Shown here: positions 8,924-17,356 of the stretch, piece by piece
Layout of the letters: every line of letters starts with the position of its first letter
Numbering within the stretch: position 1 is the first letter of the stretch
Origin: Lysobacter sp. BL-A-41-H3
GTDB taxonomy: Bacteria; Pseudomonadota; Gammaproteobacteria; Xanthomonadales; Xanthomonadaceae
Reading direction: 5' to 3'
Length of the DNA stretch: 24,000 nucleotides
Assembly: GCA_050632415.1 (NCBI GenBank)
Contig: CP192602.1
Coordinates: 324,641 to 348,640, forward strand
Made by a program: the position numbers and the translations under genes
Notes under the pieces: generated by a model
The model's database searches: none
What the model was told of the DNA's origin: nothing
The model's input: the letters and a program-made list of their open reading frames with translations, nothing else

Positions 8924-9364
8924 ATGATCCGCTTCCCGCTCGCACTCGCGCTGTCGCTTGTCGTCGTACCTGCCCTCGCGCAGTCGTCCACGCCCGCCGA
9001 GGCCGTGAAACCCGCGAGCGAGGCCGCGCCTGCCGCGCCCGCAGCCCCCGCGCTGCCGCCGGGCATGAAGCAGTACTGGTTCGTGATGCTCAAGCGTGGT
9101 CCCAAGCGCGACCAGCCGCCCGAGGAAGTAAAACAGCTGCAGGCAGGGCACATGGCCAACATCCAGGCCTACGCCACGATGGGCAAATTGCAGATCGCCG
9201 GTCCGTTCATGGACGACGGCGACTGGCGCGGCATCTTCATCCTCGACGTGCCCGACCGCGCCGCCGCCGAAGCCATGTGCAACGACGACCCGGCGGTGAA
9301 GGCCGGGCGACTGGCCTGCGAGATCCATCCTTGGCTCTCGCAGAAGGGTGCGACCCTCAAGTAG
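8924..9364 (+). CDS. YciI-family (DGPF-type) protein with signal peptide
   Basis: The ATG at 8924 lies 5 nt after the orn stop. The signal peptide is MIRFPLALALSLVVVPALA, followed by an Ala/Pro-rich linker. The YciI-like core follows (YWFVMLKRGP...HMANIQAYATMGKLQIAGPF...GIFIL...DPAVKAGRLACEIHPW). Confidence 0.75.
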   Translation: MIRFPLALALSLVVVPALAQSSTPAEAVKPASEAAPAAPAAPALPPGMKQYWFVMLKRGPKRDQPPEEVKQLQAGHMANIQAYATMGKLQIAGPFMDDGDWRGIFILDVPDRAAAEAMCNDDPAVKAGRLACEIHPWLSQKGATLK

Positions 9365-9394
9365 TCCGGATAGAGCGCGTAGCGCGAATCCGGG
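9361..9394 (+). repeat. Composite palindrome between convergent genes (terminator or REP-like)
   Basis: The outer stem pairs TCCGGAT (9365-9371) with ATCCGGG (9388-9394; 6 Watson-Crick pairs plus one G-U). The inner stem is CGCG/CGCG around a TAG loop. It is preceded by GTAG (9361-9364), which includes the yciI-like stop codon. Confidence 0.35.
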
Positions 9395-9463
9395 ATTGCC
9401 TGCCTGCGAAAGGTTCTTGCTCTACCCGGGCCACGTCACTGAGCGACAGCGGCGAGGGTCGCG

Positions 9464-12400
9464 TCAGCCCGATGCAGGCTGGCTGCCGCGTTCGCACAGG
9501 ATCCTGTCCAGGCGATCGAGCAGGAACTCCGCATCCTGCATGGTGAAGCACAGCGGTGGGCGGATCTTGAGCACGTTGTCGTGCGGGCCTTCCGAACCGA
9601 TCAGGATGCGCTCCTCGCGCAGGCGATTGACCACATGGGCGGTCTGCCGGGTCGCGGGCGCGCGCATTGCCCGATCGTCGACGAGTTCGGCGCCGATGAA
9701 CAGGCCCATGCCGCGCACGTCGCCGATGATCGCGTGCCGCTCGGCCAGTGTACGCAGGCCGTCGAGCACGACATCGCCCACGCGCCGGGCGTTCTCCTGC
9801 AGCCCTTCCTCCTCCACGATGCGCAGCACTTCGCGACCGACCACGCACGACACGGTGCTGCCGCCGAAGGTGCTGAAGAACTCCATGCCGTTGGCGAAGC
9901 TGTCGGCGATGTCGCGGCGGGTGACGACCGCGCCGATCGGATGTCCGTTGCCCATCGGCTTGCCGAGCACGACGATGTCGGGAATCACGCCCTGGGTGTC
10001 GAAGGCCCAGAACGATTCGCCGATGCGGCCCAGCCCCGTCTGGACTTCGTCGGCGATGCACACGCCGCCGGCGGCGCGGACGGCGGCGTAGGCGTGGCGG
10101 TAGTAGTCGGGCGGCGGAATGATCTGTCCGCCGACGCTGGGGAAGACTTCGCTGATGAAGGCGGCCGGGCTGCGCCCGCAGGCATGGATGCGCGCGATCG
10201 CCTCATCGACGCACGCGGCATAGGCCCGGCCCGTGGCGGCTGTGTGCTCGCGCCATGGCCCGCGATAGCTGTCCGCGAGCGGGACGACCTGGACCCAGTC
10301 GGGCGCACCCTGTCCGCCCGGGCCCGCGTGCTTGTACGGACTGAGATCGATCATCGTGCTGGAATTGCCGTGATAGGCGGTGTCCATGACGATCACGTCG
10401 CGCTGCCTGGTATGCGTGCGCGCGAGGCGCAGGGCCAGCTCGTTGGCCTCGGTGCCGGAGTTGACGAAGAAGCAGACGCTGAGCGGATCCGGCATGCGCG
10501 CGAGCAGGGCTTCGGCGTATTCGGCGTAGGACGGATGGACGTAGCGGGTGTTGGTGTTGAGCAGGCGCATCTGCCTGGATGCGGCCTCGATCACGCGGGG
10601 ATGCGCGTGCCCGACATGGGGCACATTGTTGTAGGCATCGAGGTAGGCGCGGCCCTCGTTGTCCAGCAGGAACTGTTTCCAGCCGCGGACCATCGCCAGC
10701 GGAGCGCGATAGGACAGACGCAGGTTGGCGCTGCTGCAGGCCCTGCGCCGTTCGAGCCACTGCGCCCGCAGCTCCGCTTCGGCGACGACCTCGTCGCGTG
10801 GCCATCCGAGCATCGACATGCAGCCCCGGTTGCGCGCGAGCCAGGCAGATGAGGCATCGGGATCGCAGGCGTCGGGCAGGTCGCCGTCGCCGTCCATCGC
10901 CGTCCAGACGCCCGGTGACGGATCGAGGCGCAGGTACAGCCTGCCGAGGTCATCGGTGAGATCCGGCGTCGATGCAATGACGCCCAGCTGCATGCCGACG
11001 TCGACCTGCGTACCGGGCTGGAAGCCCTGCGGGATCTCGGTAATGCCGCCGACATGTGTGTAGAACGGCGTTCCATCCGGCATGGCATGCGCAAGCACCA
11101 GCGCGTGCCCGAGTGAAGCCTGCGTCGTGATGCGATGCACCGTGCCTGCAAGCGGTGCACGCACGGCAGTGCCGGCGGGCGCGTACACGGTATGGCCCAG
11201 GCGGACCGCCTGCCGGGAGGACGCCGGATGCGAGGCATCATCGTCTCCGCAGGGCCAGAGCAGATCGCCCTCGCAGGCCAGCAGCGCCTCGGCGCAATGT
11301 GCCTGGCGAAGTTCCGCGAGCAGCGTCGACCAGGCAGCGGCCAGTGCGGTGGCGCTGGCTCTAACCGGATTGCCCGCCAGCGCCAGTTGTTCCGTCACGC
11401 TGCCGATGCGGTGCGCGGCGCGCAGTGCGTCGGGCAGCGGCCACGCGCGCGCCCCCGGGGGCAGTGCGGCCAGCCATTCGCCGATCCTGCGGTCGTCGGG
11501 ATGCGCCTCGCGCCCGCAGGCCAGGCGGATGCGCGCCTCCACCCATTCCGCCGGCGTGCGCGACAGCGTGTGGAGCAGCGCCCATGCAGGGCGTTCCGAG
11601 ATCGTCACGTAGGGGTCGTCGGGATGCTCGCGCTTGCGGATCGCCGAGTTGGTCACGCTCACGGCCAGGCGGGTCAGCATCAGCGGGAAGAGCAGGGCGA
11701 GGCTTTCGTCGCACAGCTGCTGCTGCCGGTCGTAGCCCGCCGCGAGCCTGCACAGGGCGTCGACCGGATCGGATTCGCCCATCAGCGCATAGGCGGCGGC
11801 GATGGCGAGATTGGCGACCACGGGCGCATGCGCCATGTCGCCGAAGTCGATGATCCCGCTGATCGACCGCGTGCCATCGCGCGTCGCGACCATCAGGTTG
11901 TAGTCGTTCAGATCGTTGTGGATCGCCTGGCGTGGCAGGGCGGCGAGCCGGTCCTGCAGATCTCTGCGATACCTGGACGCGATGTGCGCGACCAGGATCC
12001 GGTCGCATGGCGACTCGATCTGCGCGGCTTCCGTCTCGATCCACTCCGCTGTCAGCAGGTTCCACTTGCAGGGCCTGTGCAGGGCGGGGTGCGCGAAATC
12101 CTGCAAGGCCCGATCCAGTTGCGCCAGCGTCTCGCCCAGCCTGTCGTGCAGGGCATCGCCGGGACGCACGCAGGCGGCATACGGAGCGCCTTCGAGATGC
12201 GAGATCAGCCAGACCAGGCGAGGTATGCCGGCGGGATCGTTCACTTCGAGGAACAGCGCGCCGTCCCCTGCAGGGACGATGTCCGGCACGGGCAGCGAAG
12301 CCGCGCGTGCCCGGACATGGGCATGCGCCTTGCACAGCATGTCGACGAACTCAGGCTGACAGCCCGGACGCATCACCTTCAGCACGTGCGTGCGCAGGCC

Positions 12401-12538
12401 TTCGCGGACCACGGCCAGGTTCAGGTCGTACTCGCCATCCAGGCGCTGCAGTTCGGCGGACAGGCCATAGTGCGCCTGCAGGCAGTCACGCCAGTGGGCG
12501 GGATCGAATTCGGCCGGGGGTGTCATGGGCAGGGCCAT
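9464..12538 (-). CDS. Three-domain fusion: APH-type small-molecule kinase, degenerate M23-like domain, and class-III (AGXT2L/ETNPPL-type) PLP aminotransferase or phospho-lyase
   Basis: 1024 aa. Residues 1-335 form the kinase, with the catalytic loop IHNDLNDYN (H207, D209, N214) and IDFGD (231-234). Residues ~445-540 form an M23/LytM-like fold (GHTVYAPAGTAVRAPLAGTV ... LVLAH ... FYTHV ... GTQVDVGMQLGVIAS) that lacks the HxxxD Asp and the HxH pair; RLYLRL occupies the HLHFE position. Residues ~600-1024 form the class-III aminotransferase (FVNSGTEANELALRLAR, IADEVQTGLGRIGESFWAF, PDIVVLGKPMGNGHP with Lys860, MEFFSTFGGSTVS, NVLKIRPPLCFT). No clear SD precedes either ATG 12538 or ATG 12526. Confidence 0.85.
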   Translation of the reverse strand: MALPMTPPAEFDPAHWRDCLQAHYGLSAELQRLDGEYDLNLAVVREGLRTHVLKVMRPGCQPEFVDMLCKAHAHVRARAASLPVPDIVPAGDGALFLEVNDPAGIPRLVWLISHLEGAPYAACVRPGDALHDRLGETLAQLDRALQDFAHPALHRPCKWNLLTAEWIETEAAQIESPCDRILVAHIASRYRRDLQDRLAALPRQAIHNDLNDYNLMVATRDGTRSISGIIDFGDMAHAPVVANLAIAAAYALMGESDPVDALCRLAAGYDRQQQLCDESLALLFPLMLTRLAVSVTNSAIRKREHPDDPYVTISERPAWALLHTLSRTPAEWVEARIRLACGREAHPDDRRIGEWLAALPPGARAWPLPDALRAAHRIGSVTEQLALAGNPVRASATALAAAWSTLLAELRQAHCAEALLACEGDLLWPCGDDDASHPASSRQAVRLGHTVYAPAGTAVRAPLAGTVHRITTQASLGHALVLAHAMPDGTPFYTHVGGITEIPQGFQPGTQVDVGMQLGVIASTPDLTDDLGRLYLRLDPSPGVWTAMDGDGDLPDACDPDASSAWLARNRGCMSMLGWPRDEVVAEAELRAQWLERRRACSSANLRLSYRAPLAMVRGWKQFLLDNEGRAYLDAYNNVPHVGHAHPRVIEAASRQMRLLNTNTRYVHPSYAEYAEALLARMPDPLSVCFFVNSGTEANELALRLARTHTRQRDVIVMDTAYHGNSSTMIDLSPYKHAGPGGQGAPDWVQVVPLADSYRGPWREHTAATGRAYAACVDEAIARIHACGRSPAAFISEVFPSVGGQIIPPPDYYRHAYAAVRAAGGVCIADEVQTGLGRIGESFWAFDTQGVIPDIVVLGKPMGNGHPIGAVVTRRDIADSFANGMEFFSTFGGSTVSCVVGREVLRIVEEEGLQENARRVGDVVLDGLRTLAERHAIIGDVRGMGLFIGAELVDDRAMRAPATRQTAHVVNRLREERILIGSEGPHDNVLKIRPPLCFTMQDAEFLLDRLDRILCERGSQPASG

Positions 12539-12570
12539 CGGGAGATGCGGGATCGCGGGCTCCGCTCATG

Positions 12571-12595
12571 GTAGCCACGCGGCCGGCAGGCCGCG
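12571..12595 (+). repeat. GTAG-prefixed GC-rich hairpin in the lrp-fusion intergenic region
   Basis: GTAG-CCA is followed by CGCGGCC-GGCA-GGCCGCG (a 7-bp stem at 12578-12595). It is preceded by CATG, as is the 5587 element. Confidence 0.3.
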
Positions 12596-12634
12596 CCGGC
12601 ACATCGCCTGCGGTCGGCGGCATTTCGTCGGCAG

Positions 12635-12653
12635 CACCGGCGCCTTGCCGGTG
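12635..12653 (-). terminator. Hairpin immediately downstream of the Lrp gene (weak terminator or processing signal)
   Basis: CACCGGC-GCCTT-GCCGGTG is a perfect 7-bp stem. It lies 7 nt after the lrp stop on the minus strand and is not followed by a U-tract. Confidence 0.25.
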
Positions 12654-12660
12654 TGCGCGC

Positions 12661-13122
12661 TCAGAGAACGGGCTGTGCGGGGTCCAGATGCGTGGCCAGC
12701 ACCAGGTGCGTCCTGCAGTCGATCACGCCGGGCAGCACGGAGATCGTGTCGCGGAGTCGATTGAGTGCATCGACATCGCCGGCCTCCACGTCGATCGCCA
12801 GATCGATGTCGCCCGCGAGGGAGCGGATTTGCGCGACGCCTGGCAGGACGGCCAGGGATTCGACCAGATCGTAGGCCGGTGTCTTCGCGATGCGGACCAG
12901 CAGCAGCGCGCGGGTCGGCAGTGCGCCGGTGGGGCGCGCATGTCCCCGGCCGGCGACCACGGCGCGATACCCGAGGATGGCGCCGCTGTCTTCGAGACGT
13001 TTCAGGCGCGCGGTGACCGCGCTGCGCGACAGACCGACCAGGGCCGCGAGCCGTTTGAGGGCGATCCGCCCGTCTTTCGCGATGATGTCGAGGATGCGCT
13101 GGTCGATGTCGTCGGGATGCAT
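12661..13122 (-). CDS. Lrp/AsnC-family transcriptional regulator (153 aa)
   Basis: The start was moved to the ATG at 13120-13122. The N-terminal HTH_AsnC motif is DDIDQRILDIIAKDGRIALKRLAALVGLSRSAVTARLKRLEDSGAILGY. The C-terminal RAM/AsnC_trans_reg-like half contains ESLAVLPGVAQIRSLAGDIDLAIDVEA. Confidence 0.85.
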   Translation of the reverse strand: MHPDDIDQRILDIIAKDGRIALKRLAALVGLSRSAVTARLKRLEDSGAILGYRAVVAGRGHARPTGALPTRALLLVRIAKTPAYDLVESLAVLPGVAQIRSLAGDIDLAIDVEAGDVDALNRLRDTISVLPGVIDCRTHLVLATHLDPAQPVL

Positions 13123-13246
13123 GCCGCTGTCCGCCCTGGGGCCCGCCCGTGGAGGGCATGGCCGGGAGGCGACTGGCCGATCCCGGCGTCGTCGGGGCGC
13201 CATGGGCACCCCGTTGTGAGCTCATGCCATCGTTGCGGCCGACGTA

Positions 13247-15619
13247 TCAGCCCGCCTTCGACTTCGCCAGCTTGAGCCAGGTGTCGACCACGGTGTCCGG
13301 ATTGAGCGACACCGACTCGATGCCTTCTTCCATCAGCCACTGGGCGAGGTCCGGGTGGTCGCTGGGGCCCTGGCCGCAGATACCGACGTACTTGCCCTTG
13401 CGCTTCGCGGCCTGGATGGCCATCGAGAGCATCTTCTTCACCGCGGGGTCGCGCTCGTCGAAGAGGTTGGCGACGATCGAGGAATCGCGGTCCAGGCCCA
13501 GGGTGAGCTGGGTCATGTCGTTGGAGCCGATCGAGAAGCCGTCGAAGATGTCGAGGAATTCGTCGGCGAGCAGGGCGTTCGACGGTACTTCGCACATCAT
13601 GATGATCTTCAGGCCGTCTTTTCCTTGTTCAAGACCGTTCTCGCGCAGCACCTCGATCACCTTGCGGCCTTCGTCGAGCGTGCGCACGAACGGGATCATC
13701 ACCCAGCAGTTGTCCAGGCCCATGGTCTCGCGGACCTTGCGCACCGCGCGGCATTCCAGCGCGAAGGCTTCGCGGAACGACGGGTCGATGTAGCGGGATG
13801 CACCACGGAAGCCGATCATCGGGTTCTCTTCATGCGGCTCGTAGCGCGCGCCGCCGATGAGGTTGGCGTATTCGTTGGACTTGAAGTCCGACAGGCGCAC
13901 GATCACAGGATTCGGCGCGGCCGATGCAGTGATGGTGGCGATGCCTTCGGCCAGGCGGTCCACGTAGAAATCGACCGGACTGGCGTAGCCGGCCATCTTC
14001 GCGTCGATCTTGCGCTTCGTGTCGGCGTCCTGGTTGGCGTAGTCGAGCAGCGCCTTGGGATGCACGCCGATGTGGCTGGCGATGATCATTTCCAGGCGCG
14101 CCAGACCGATGCCCGCATTCGGCAGCATCGCGAAATCGAAGGCGCGCTCCGGATTGGCGACGTTCATCATGATCTTCAGAGGCGCCGGCGGCATGTTGTC
14201 GAGATCGGTGACGATGCGCTCGAACGGCAGTTCGGTGTCGTAGATGAAGCCGGTGTCGCCCTCGGCGCAGCTCACGGTCACCGGCTGGCCGTCCTGCACG
14301 GTGTCCAGCGCGTTGCCGGTGCCGACCACGGCCGGCACGCCCAGCTCGCGGGCGATGATCGCGGCGTGGCAGGTGCGACCGCCACGGTTGGTCACGATCG
14401 CGGCGGCGCGCTTCATCACCGGTTCCCAGTCGGGATCGGTCATGTCGGCGACCAGCACGTCGCCGGGCTGGACGCGGTTCATGTCGGCGATCGAGCGCAC
14501 CACGCGGGCGGTGCCGCTGCCGATCTTGTGGCCGATGGCGCGGCCTTCGGCGATCACTTCGCCGCGACGCAGCAGCGAGAAGCGCTCGATCTGCGTGGCG
14601 TGCGCGCGCGACTTCACGGTTTCCGGGCGTGCCTGCACGATGAACAGCTTGCCGGTGACGCCGTCCTTCGCCCACTCGATGTCCATCGGACGGCCGTAGT
14701 GTTCTTCGATGACCAGCGCCTGCTTCGACAGCTCCTGCACGTCTTCGTCGGTGATCGAGAAGCGGTTGCGCAGCTCGGCCGGCGTGTCCTCGTTGCGCAC
14801 GCGCTCGCCGGGCTTGTCCGAATACACCATGCGGATCTGCTTGCTGCCCAGCGCGCGGCGCAGGATCGCCGGCTTGCCCTGGCGCAGCGTCGGCTTGTAG
14901 ACGTAGAACTCGTCGGGATTCACCGCGCCCTGCACGACGTTCTCGCCCAGGCCGTAGCTGGCGGTGACGAACACCACGTCGCGGAAGCCCGATTCGGTGT
15001 CCAGGGTGAACAGCACGCCGGACGAACCGACATCCGAGCGCACCATCAGCTGCACGCCGGCCGACAGGAACACGTCCTCGTGCTTGAAGCCGTGATGCAC
15101 GCGATAGGCGATCGCACGGTCGTTGTAGAGGCTGGCGAACACTTCCTTGACCTTGTGCACCACGTCGTCGGCGCCGGTCACGTTGAGGAAAGTTTCCTGC
15201 TGCCCGGCGAACGAGGCGTCCGGCAGGTCTTCGGCGGTGGCCGAGGAGCGCACCGCGACCGCGATGTCCGTGCCACCATTTTCCGCGCACAGCTGCGCGT
15301 AGGCGGTGCGGATGTCGCGATCCAGCTCAGGCTGCAGCGGGGCATCGGTCACCCAGCCGCGGATCTCGGCGCCGGCGGCGGTGAGCGCGGGCACGTCGTC
15401 CACGTCCAGCGTCGCCAGCTTGTCGTAGATGCGCTGGTGCAGGTTGTTGTGGGCGATGAAGTCCTTGAAGGCCTCGGCGGTGGTCGCGTAGCCGCCCGGC
15501 ACCGACACCCCGAGCTGGGCCAGGTGGCCGATCATTTCGCCGAGGGAGGAGTTCTTGCCGCCGACGCGTGCAAGGTCGGACAGGCGCAGCGCGTGCAGCC
15601 AGAGGATGTTCTCGTTCAA
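13247..15619 (-). CDS. ppsA: Phosphoenolpyruvate synthase (790 aa)
   Basis: The sequence matches PpsA throughout: [33 protein letters not shown], the phosphohistidine loop [23 protein letters not shown], and the C-terminal PEP-utilising domain [15 protein letters not shown]. The track ORF continues to 16657, but homology begins at NENILWL. I place the start at TTG (complement of 15617-15619), with GGAG 7 nt upstream. Confidence 0.95.
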   Translation of the reverse strand: MNENILWLHALRLSDLARVGGKNSSLGEMIGHLAQLGVSVPGGYATTAEAFKDFIAHNNLHQRIYDKLATLDVDDVPALTAAGAEIRGWVTDAPLQPELDRDIRTAYAQLCAENGGTDIAVAVRSSATAEDLPDASFAGQQETFLNVTGADDVVHKVKEVFASLYNDRAIAYRVHHGFKHEDVFLSAGVQLMVRSDVGSSGVLFTLDTESGFRDVVFVTASYGLGENVVQGAVNPDEFYVYKPTLRQGKPAILRRALGSKQIRMVYSDKPGERVRNEDTPAELRNRFSITDEDVQELSKQALVIEEHYGRPMDIEWAKDGVTGKLFIVQARPETVKSRAHATQIERFSLLRRGEVIAEGRAIGHKIGSGTARVVRSIADMNRVQPGDVLVADMTDPDWEPVMKRAAAIVTNRGGRTCHAAIIARELGVPAVVGTGNALDTVQDGQPVTVSCAEGDTGFIYDTELPFERIVTDLDNMPPAPLKIMMNVANPERAFDFAMLPNAGIGLARLEMIIASHIGVHPKALLDYANQDADTKRKIDAKMAGYASPVDFYVDRLAEGIATITASAAPNPVIVRLSDFKSNEYANLIGGARYEPHEENPMIGFRGASRYIDPSFREAFALECRAVRKVRETMGLDNCWVMIPFVRTLDEGRKVIEVLRENGLEQGKDGLKIIMMCEVPSNALLADEFLDIFDGFSIGSNDMTQLTLGLDRDSSIVANLFDERDPAVKKMLSMAIQAAKRKGKYVGICGQGPSDHPDLAQWLMEEGIESVSLNPDTVVDTWLKLAKSKAG

Positions 15620-15661
15620 GGGACAACTCCAGACGGGCGCGTGGGGGCGCCGGGGCGGGGA

Positions 15662-15680
15662 AAGCGGTATTTTAACAAGA
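15662..15680. promoter_or_regulatory. AT-rich core of the divergent ppsA/ppsR control region with back-to-back -10-like hexamers
   Basis: GGTATTTTAACAAGACC is the only AT-rich patch in the 93-bp intergenic region. It reads TATTTT on the plus strand (towards ppsR) and TAAAAT on the minus strand (complement of 15669-15674, towards ppsA). It is flanked by the inverted GC blocks GGGGCGC and GCGCCCC. I found no convincing -35 hexamers. Confidence 0.3.
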
Positions 15681-15712
15681 CCGCGCCCCGCGCTGTCCCA
15701 CAACGAGTCCTC

Positions 15713-16534
15713 ATGAGCCAGACAAGACCGGTGTTCTACGTCTCCGACGGGACCGGGATCACCGCGGAGACCATCGGCCACAGCCTGCTGACCCAGTTCA
15801 CCGGCCCCCGGTTCCTGACCGACCGCCTGTCCTTTGTCGACACCGTGGAGAAAGCCGACGAGGCCGCCGGGCGGATCCGGGCCGCCGGGGAGGCCCACGG
15901 CACGCGGCCGATCGTGGTCAATTCCTGCGTCGACGCCAACCTGACCGCGCGCCTGGCCGAGAGCGGGGCGCTGATGCTGGACGTCTTCGCGCCGTTCATC
16001 GAGCCGCTGGAGCGGGAACTGGGGGAGCAGCGCCAGCCGAGGGTGGGGCAGGCGCACGGCATGGTCGATTTCGACACCTACCACCGGCGCATCAACGCCA
16101 TGAACTTCGCGCTGACCCATGACGACGGCGTGGCGACGAATTACGACGAGGCCGACGTGATCCTGGTGGCCGTGTCGCGGGCCGGCAAGACGCCGACCTG
16201 CATCTACCTGGCCCTGCACCACGGCGTGAAGGCGGCCAATTACCCGCTCACCGACGAGGACCTGGAGCACGATCGCCTGCCGCCGCGCCTGCGTCCGTAC
16301 CGGAACAAGCTGTTCGGCCTGACCATCGACCCGGTGCGCCTGCAGCAGATCCGCCAGGAGCGACGGGCCAATTCGCGCTATGCGCTGATGGAGACCTGCC
16401 GGCGCGAGGTCGCTGCGGCGGAGGCGATGATGCGCGCCGAGCGCATCCCGATGCTCAGCACCACGCATACCTCGATCGAGGAAATCTCCAGCAAGGTGCT
16501 GACCACCCTGGGCCTGCATCGCGAGATGTATTGA
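15713..16534 (+). CDS. ppsR: PEP synthase regulatory protein (bifunctional kinase/pyrophosphorylase, DUF299), 273 aa
   Basis: The gene is divergent from ppsA, which is the conserved arrangement. It starts [29 protein letters not shown] and has the P-loop-like [18 protein letters not shown]. Everything upstream of 15713 in the track ORF is ppsA antisense shadow. Confidence 0.95.
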   Translation: MSQTRPVFYVSDGTGITAETIGHSLLTQFTGPRFLTDRLSFVDTVEKADEAAGRIRAAGEAHGTRPIVVNSCVDANLTARLAESGALMLDVFAPFIEPLERELGEQRQPRVGQAHGMVDFDTYHRRINAMNFALTHDDGVATNYDEADVILVAVSRAGKTPTCIYLALHHGVKAANYPLTDEDLEHDRLPPRLRPYRNKLFGLTIDPVRLQQIRQERRANSRYALMETCRREVAAAEAMMRAERIPMLSTTHTSIEEISSKVLTTLGLHREMY

Positions 16535-16631
16535 CGCCGCCAAGTTGCAGGACGTGTCGGTTCCATCTTCCGCGCGGTGGTTCGATCCGTCAATCCTGTT
16601 GCGGCAAGGGCGCGATGTGTAGGATCGCCCC

Positions 16632-17138
16632 ATGTCGAACCTGATCGCCCGCCCCATCAGCGCCGCGAAAATCAGCCGGTTTTCATGGCTGATGGCGCTG
16701 TATGCCGAGAACCACCGCCTGCTGCAGCGGCTGTTCTTGCCTGAACGCCTGGCCGAAGGCCGCTACGTCTCTTCCGTCGGCGACGGCCTCGACCTGCACC
16801 TGGACGTGATGGCGCTGCATGCCTACACCGTCGAGCTGCGCCTGAGTTACGCCATCCTCGATCCGGTGACCGGCGAGCCCGATCCTTCGGCATACCTGCG
16901 GCTGTACCACGACACCGAGCAGGTCGAGGCCACGCATTGCTACATCGGCCGGCGCTGGCAGGACGTGATCGGCCTGTATCCGCCGCCCTCCGAAGTGCTG
17001 GACCACCGCCTGCGCATGAACACCTTCCTCGGCAAGTGGCTGCACTACCTCGCCGAACGCGGGCACGGCACGGGCACGCTGCGCCGGACCGGCGACGTGC
17101 CCCCGATGCGGACCGAGATGCTCGACGCCGCGGTCTGA
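16632..17138 (+). CDS. DUF1249 (YqiB-like) protein
   Basis: The 168-aa protein aligns by eye with E. coli YqiB: [15 protein letters not shown] versus [26 protein letters not shown] versus VRLYHDAMVAEV, and [18 protein letters not shown] versus QINQFLADWLRYCLAHGA. An AGGA RBS lies 7 nt upstream of the ATG. Confidence 0.75.
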   Translation: MSNLIARPISAAKISRFSWLMALYAENHRLLQRLFLPERLAEGRYVSSVGDGLDLHLDVMALHAYTVELRLSYAILDPVTGEPDPSAYLRLYHDTEQVEATHCYIGRRWQDVIGLYPPPSEVLDHRLRMNTFLGKWLHYLAERGHGTGTLRRTGDVPPMRTEMLDAAV

Positions 17139-17176
17139 GCGCAGTTCCGAAGCCCGGAAACGATAGCCCGGAAACG

Positions 17177-17202
17177 ACGAAGCCCGCTTTCGCGGGCTTC
17201 GT
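17177..17202 (-). terminator. Strong hairpin after tRNA unit 1 (also 39 nt after the DUF1249 stop on the other strand)
   Basis: ACGAAGCCCGC-TTTC-GCGGGCTTCGT is a perfect 11-bp stem. On the minus strand only a short CGTTTC run follows it. An identical copy lies at 17562-17587. Confidence 0.5.
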
Positions 17203-17213
17203 GCTTGAAGAAA

Positions 17214-17289
17214 TGGCGTCCCCACGGGGATTCGAACCCCGGTCGCTACCGTGAAAGGGTAATGTCCTAGGCCTCTAGACGATGGGGAC
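17214..17289 (-). tRNA. tRNA-Glu (anticodon UUC), copy 1
   Basis: The reverse complement is GTCCCCATCGTCTAGAGGCCTAGGACATTACCCTTTCACGGTAGCGACCGGGGTTCGAATCCCCGTGGGGACGCCA. The cloverleaf folds by hand: acceptor GTCCCCA/TGGGGAC, anticodon loop CTTTCAC, T-loop GGTTCGAATCC, encoded CCA. It is very close to E. coli tRNA-Glu. Confidence 0.95.
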
Positions 17290-17356
17290 GCTGGTAAAAC
17301 GCTCGTGTGCGATCGGTCTTTCGACCAGGCCTGAACCGCACGCGATTGGTGAAACC

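Noticed and set aside
8268-8945. The N-terminal 226 codons of the 379-aa minus-strand ORF 7806-8945.
   Set aside because: This stretch is antisense to orn, which is unambiguous. Only the last 153 codons, from the ATG at 8267, look like a membrane protein.
13355-15712. The upstream ~786 codons of the 1059-aa plus-strand ORF that ends as ppsR.
   Set aside because: This stretch is antisense shadow of ppsA. PpsR homology starts at the ATG at 15713 and gives the expected 273 aa.
16596-16634. A leaderless-mRNA promoter (TTGCGG ... TAGGAT) directly abutting the DUF1249 ATG.
   Set aside because: The TAGGAT overlaps an AGGA placed 7 nt before the ATG, which is more simply an ordinary Shine-Dalgarno. 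The spacer to the putative -35 is only 15 nt.
15620-16657. A 346-codon N-terminal extension of the ppsA ORF.
   Set aside because: It overlaps ppsR in antisense and has no PpsA homology. The TTG with its RBS at 15619 gives the canonical ~790-aa length.
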